Assembly (NCBI GenBank): GCA_030670545.1
Contig: DAOVBM010000003.1
Coordinates: forward strand, 1,765 to 65,764
DNA: 64,000 nt
Reading direction: 5' to 3'
From: Candidatus Woesearchaeota archaeon
Lineage (GTDB): Archaea > Nanobdellota > Nanobdellia > Woesearchaeales > JAGLGH01
Under the pieces are notes generated by a model, which searched no databases, was not told the origin of the DNA, and saw only the letters and a program-made list of their open reading frames with translations. Numbering within the stretch: the stretch's first letter is position 1; every line of letters begins with the position of its first letter. The position numbers and the translations under genes are program-made. Below are positions 61,232 to 64,000 of this stretch, piece after piece.

Positions 61232-62155
61232 CTATTTCTCTAAGCAAAGCCTCAACAATTCATCCCAGGTCTTGTCGATATGATTCTGTATCTCCTCAAT
61301 AAGATGCTTGTTCTCAGGTTTAAAGAGATGCTTAAACCTTCCCTGCGACTTAAGGAATTCTACAATAGGGATTATTTTTGCTGGCTTGTAATTGAGTTTA
61401 TATACGTCATTCTCAATTTCGTACAATGGCCAGAATCTTGTGTCTGCTGCAAGCTTTGCCATCTCAATGCTCTTGGCAGGATCAAACTTCCATCCAAGAG
61501 GGCATGGAGAAAGAACATTGATGAATGCAGGTCCGTCAGCTTCAAAAGCTTTCTTTGCCTTATTGAAAAGGTCGTTCCAGTTATGCACAGATGCCTGTGC
61601 AACATAAGGTATGTGGTGGGCTGCGACTATCTTAGTAAAATCTTTCTTGAACTGTTCTTTTCCCTGCAGCACTTTGCCGCAAGGCGCAGTTGTTGTAGAA
61701 GCGCAGTAAGGCGTGGCGCCGCTCCTCTGTACTCCTGTATTCATGTAAGCTTCATTGTCATAGCACACATAGACCATGTTGTGCCCCCTTTCCAGAGCGC
61801 CTGACAGTGATTGTAGGCCTATGTCATAAGTGCCTCCGTCTCCTCCAAAAGCCACAAACTTGATGTCTTTCTTTACAATTCCTTTCCTGCGCAGCACCCT
61901 GTAAGCTGTCTCAACTCCTGAAAGTGTAGCAGCAGCATTCTCAAAAGCGTTGTGGATATAAGGCACTTTCCATGATGAATAAGGATAGATTGTTGTAGTC
62001 ACTTCCAGGCATCCAGTCGCATTAGCTACAACAACTGGCTTGTCTGTAGCTTTCAGCACAGTCCTTACAATGATTGGTGCTGCACATCCTGCACATGTCC
62101 TGTGGCCAGGCGCAAGCCTCTGCTTCTTTTTTGCAAGCTCTTTTAGCGATACCAT
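61232..62155 (-). CDS. porB: pyruvate:ferredoxin oxidoreductase beta subunit
   Basis: GHRTCAGC, ATGCLEV, GGDGGTYDIG, DNEAYMNTG, SPCP. Confidence 0.94.
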   Translation of the reverse strand: MVSLKELAKKKQRLAPGHRTCAGCAAPIIVRTVLKATDKPVVVANATGCLEVTTTIYPYSSWKVPYIHNAFENAAATLSGVETAYRVLRRKGIVKKDIKFVAFGGDGGTYDIGLQSLSGALERGHNMVYVCYDNEAYMNTGVQRSGATPYCASTTTAPCGKVLQGKEQFKKDFTKIVAAHHIPYVAQASVHNWNDLFNKAKKAFEADGPAFINVLSPCPLGWKFDPAKSIEMAKLAADTRFWPLYEIENDVYKLNYKPAKIIPIVEFLKSQGRFKHLFKPENKHLIEEIQNHIDKTWDELLRLCLEK

Positions 62156-62172
62156 TTTTCTTTGAAACTTTT

Positions 62173-63348
62173 CTATGATTCCCTTAAGCTTATGTATTTT
62201 TTCTTATCAGTTATTTTTCCAGCAAGCATATCATGGAAGACATTCTCAATATCTTTTTCAGTTATATCCCTTCCTCCAATGCCAAACACATAGCTTTGCA
62301 GCCCTGGCTTCCTTGCAAGCGGATACAATGAATTCATTATCTCTCCATATACTGGTGAATTAGCTCCAAATGAGAATGATCTGTCAAGCACTGCAACATA
62401 CTTTGCATTAGCAAGCGCTTTTCCTATTTCTTTATAAGGGAAAGGCCTGAACAATACAGGCTTGACCAGCCCGACTTTTATGCCTTGCTTCCTCATCATG
62501 TCAATAACAGCCTTTGTAGTACCTGCAGTCGAACTCATTGCAATTATAACAGCATCTGCGTCCTTTAATCTGTACTCTTCAATATAAGGATACCTGTTTC
62601 CAGTCAGCGAAGAAAGCTCTTTACCAATCTTTAGATAAGCCTTTTTTGCATCATCCATAGCAATCTCTTGCTGGTATTTTGTCTCGAAATTATAATCCTG
62701 GAGCTGCAATGGCCCGAATGTCACAGGGTCATCAATATTAAGAAGCCATTTATCCAGCTTTCTTTTTCCTATGAATTTTTTTACTGCCTTATCTTCATAT
62801 ATCCTGACATTCTGCACACTATGGCTTGTTATGAAGCCGTCCTGCATTATCATTACTGGTAGGTCTACAGATTCTGCAATCTTTAGCGCGAGAATGCAGT
62901 TATCATAAGCTTCCTGCGCATTTTCGCAATATATCTGTATCCATGAATGATCCCTTGTGCCCATTGAATCAGCATGGTCGCAGTGTATGTTGATAGGAGC
63001 TGACAGCGCCCTGTTGACAACATTCATTACAATAGGAAACCTTGAGCCAGACGCAACACCAAGTATTTCCCACATCAAAGCAAGCCCTGCTGATGATGTA
63101 GCTGTCATTGCCCGCGCTCCTGCTGCGCTTGCTCCTACTGCTGCTGACATAGCAGAATGCTCAGACTCAACGCGGATCATTTCAGAATCGACAATTCCGT
63201 CAGCTACAAACTGCGCAAACTTCTGTGCAATAGGAGTCTGCGGAGTGATGGGATATACAGGAACAACATCAGGATTGATCTGCCTCATAGCTTCTGCAGC
63301 AGCTTCTGCTCCTGTAAATGGAACTTCTTTGAATCTTGCTTTTGCCAT
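62173..63348 (-). CDS. porA: pyruvate:ferredoxin oxidoreductase alpha subunit
   Basis: YPITPQT, VESEHSAMS, TATSS.GL, NRALSAPINIH.DH.D, DGFITSH. Confidence 0.94.
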   Translation of the reverse strand: MAKARFKEVPFTGAEAAAEAMRQINPDVVPVYPITPQTPIAQKFAQFVADGIVDSEMIRVESEHSAMSAAVGASAAGARAMTATSSAGLALMWEILGVASGSRFPIVMNVVNRALSAPINIHCDHADSMGTRDHSWIQIYCENAQEAYDNCILALKIAESVDLPVMIMQDGFITSHSVQNVRIYEDKAVKKFIGKRKLDKWLLNIDDPVTFGPLQLQDYNFETKYQQEIAMDDAKKAYLKIGKELSSLTGNRYPYIEEYRLKDADAVIIAMSSTAGTTKAVIDMMRKQGIKVGLVKPVLFRPFPYKEIGKALANAKYVAVLDRSFSFGANSPVYGEIMNSLYPLARKPGLQSYVFGIGGRDITEKDIENVFHDMLAGKITDKKKYISLRES

Positions 63349-63367
63349 TTTTATTTTAATTTGAATT

Positions 63368-63670
63368 CTATTTTTCTTCAAACTTGCTTTCTTGAATCAT
63401 ATCAATGCATTTTACAGGACACTGGTTTGCGCATATGCCGCAGCCCTTGCAGTAGTCAAGGTCAATATCCCCTCTCTTTCCATTTTTTATTAATATGCAG
63501 TTTTCAGGACAAAACTGTACGCAGGCCATGCAGTGTATGCATCTTGATTCATCTATAACAGGTCTTTTGGATTTCCAGCTGCCTGTTCTGAATCTGGCTG
63601 ATGAACCTGCTTCTGTAATCATTCCTCCAATTGGAATCTTTTTTGCTGTATCTTTTTTTTTTGATATCAT
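63368..63670 (-). CDS. porD: pyruvate:ferredoxin oxidoreductase delta subunit
   Basis: TGSWKSKRP, CIHCMACVQFCP, YCKGCGICANQCP. Confidence 0.92.
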   Translation of the reverse strand: MISKKKDTAKKIPIGGMITEAGSSARFRTGSWKSKRPVIDESRCIHCMACVQFCPENCILIKNGKRGDIDLDYCKGCGICANQCPVKCIDMIQESKFEEK

Positions 63671-64000
63671 GATGTCCTGTAAGCCTCTTCGACCATATCT
63701 ATATTTGCCTGTGTCTTTTCTTTTCCTAATTTGCAAAGGAAATGATCTTCTATCTTCTTTTTAAGCACTTCAAGCTTTACAATGCCTGTTGTTTTTACAA
63801 GAGCTCCCAGCAAAGGAGTATTTGGTATGTTCTTTTTCAGGTATTTCATTGATAATGATGTTCCGTCAATTGCTGCAATTTTTCCCTTAAACCTATCAAT
63901 CTCTTTTCTTATATCTTCAGGAGTTTTGTCTGAATTTATGATTAGTATGCCTTTTTCACCAAGGCCTTCTGCAACATCTATTGTCTTTATCAATGTTGAA
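63667..64000 (-). CDS. porC: pyruvate:ferredoxin oxidoreductase gamma subunit (5' end outside window)
   Basis: GILIINS, IDGT.LS, PNTPLLGAL; operon position. Confidence 0.85.
   Translation of the reverse strand, partial: STLIKTIDVAEGLGEKGILIINSDKTPEDIRKEIDRFKGKIAAIDGTSLSMKYLKKNIPNTPLLGALVKTTGIVKLEVLKKKIEDHFLCKLGKEKTQANIDMVEEAYRTS

Overview
Archaeal chromosome segment, most likely a DPANN/Woesearchaeota-type genome. The basis is gatD/gatE, rpl7ae-rps28e-rpl24e-ndk-aEF2, porCDAB and TATA promoters, alongside bacterial-type aspS and gyrB. Housekeeping content includes purL/purQ/purM-like genes, proB, a MoxR-DUF58-VWA-BatA operon, a CopA-type ATPase and several radical SAM genes. Two structures stand out. 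(1) An AT-rich island (41.5-52.2 kb) encodes a 2217-aa PEP-synthase/rifampin-phosphotransferase-like protein: one ATP-grasp domain followed by four cassettes of [divergent helical domain + phospho-His swivel domain]. The cassette junctions are near-identical at the DNA level. A stand-alone fifth cassette, an orphan cassette tail and a histidine phosphatase lie nearby, suggesting a recombining, diversifying phosphotransferase array. (2) A six-copy non-coding ~175-bp element family has 14-bp terminal inverted repeats, 8-bp target duplications, covarying internal stems and nested hairpin cargo. Smaller signals include a gatD 3'-end duplication marking an integrated islet, a TcmP/radical SAM islet, a PurM with a duplicated N-domain, a GatE lacking its insertion domain and a three-gene paralog array. 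All calls come from reading sequence motifs; no database searches were run.
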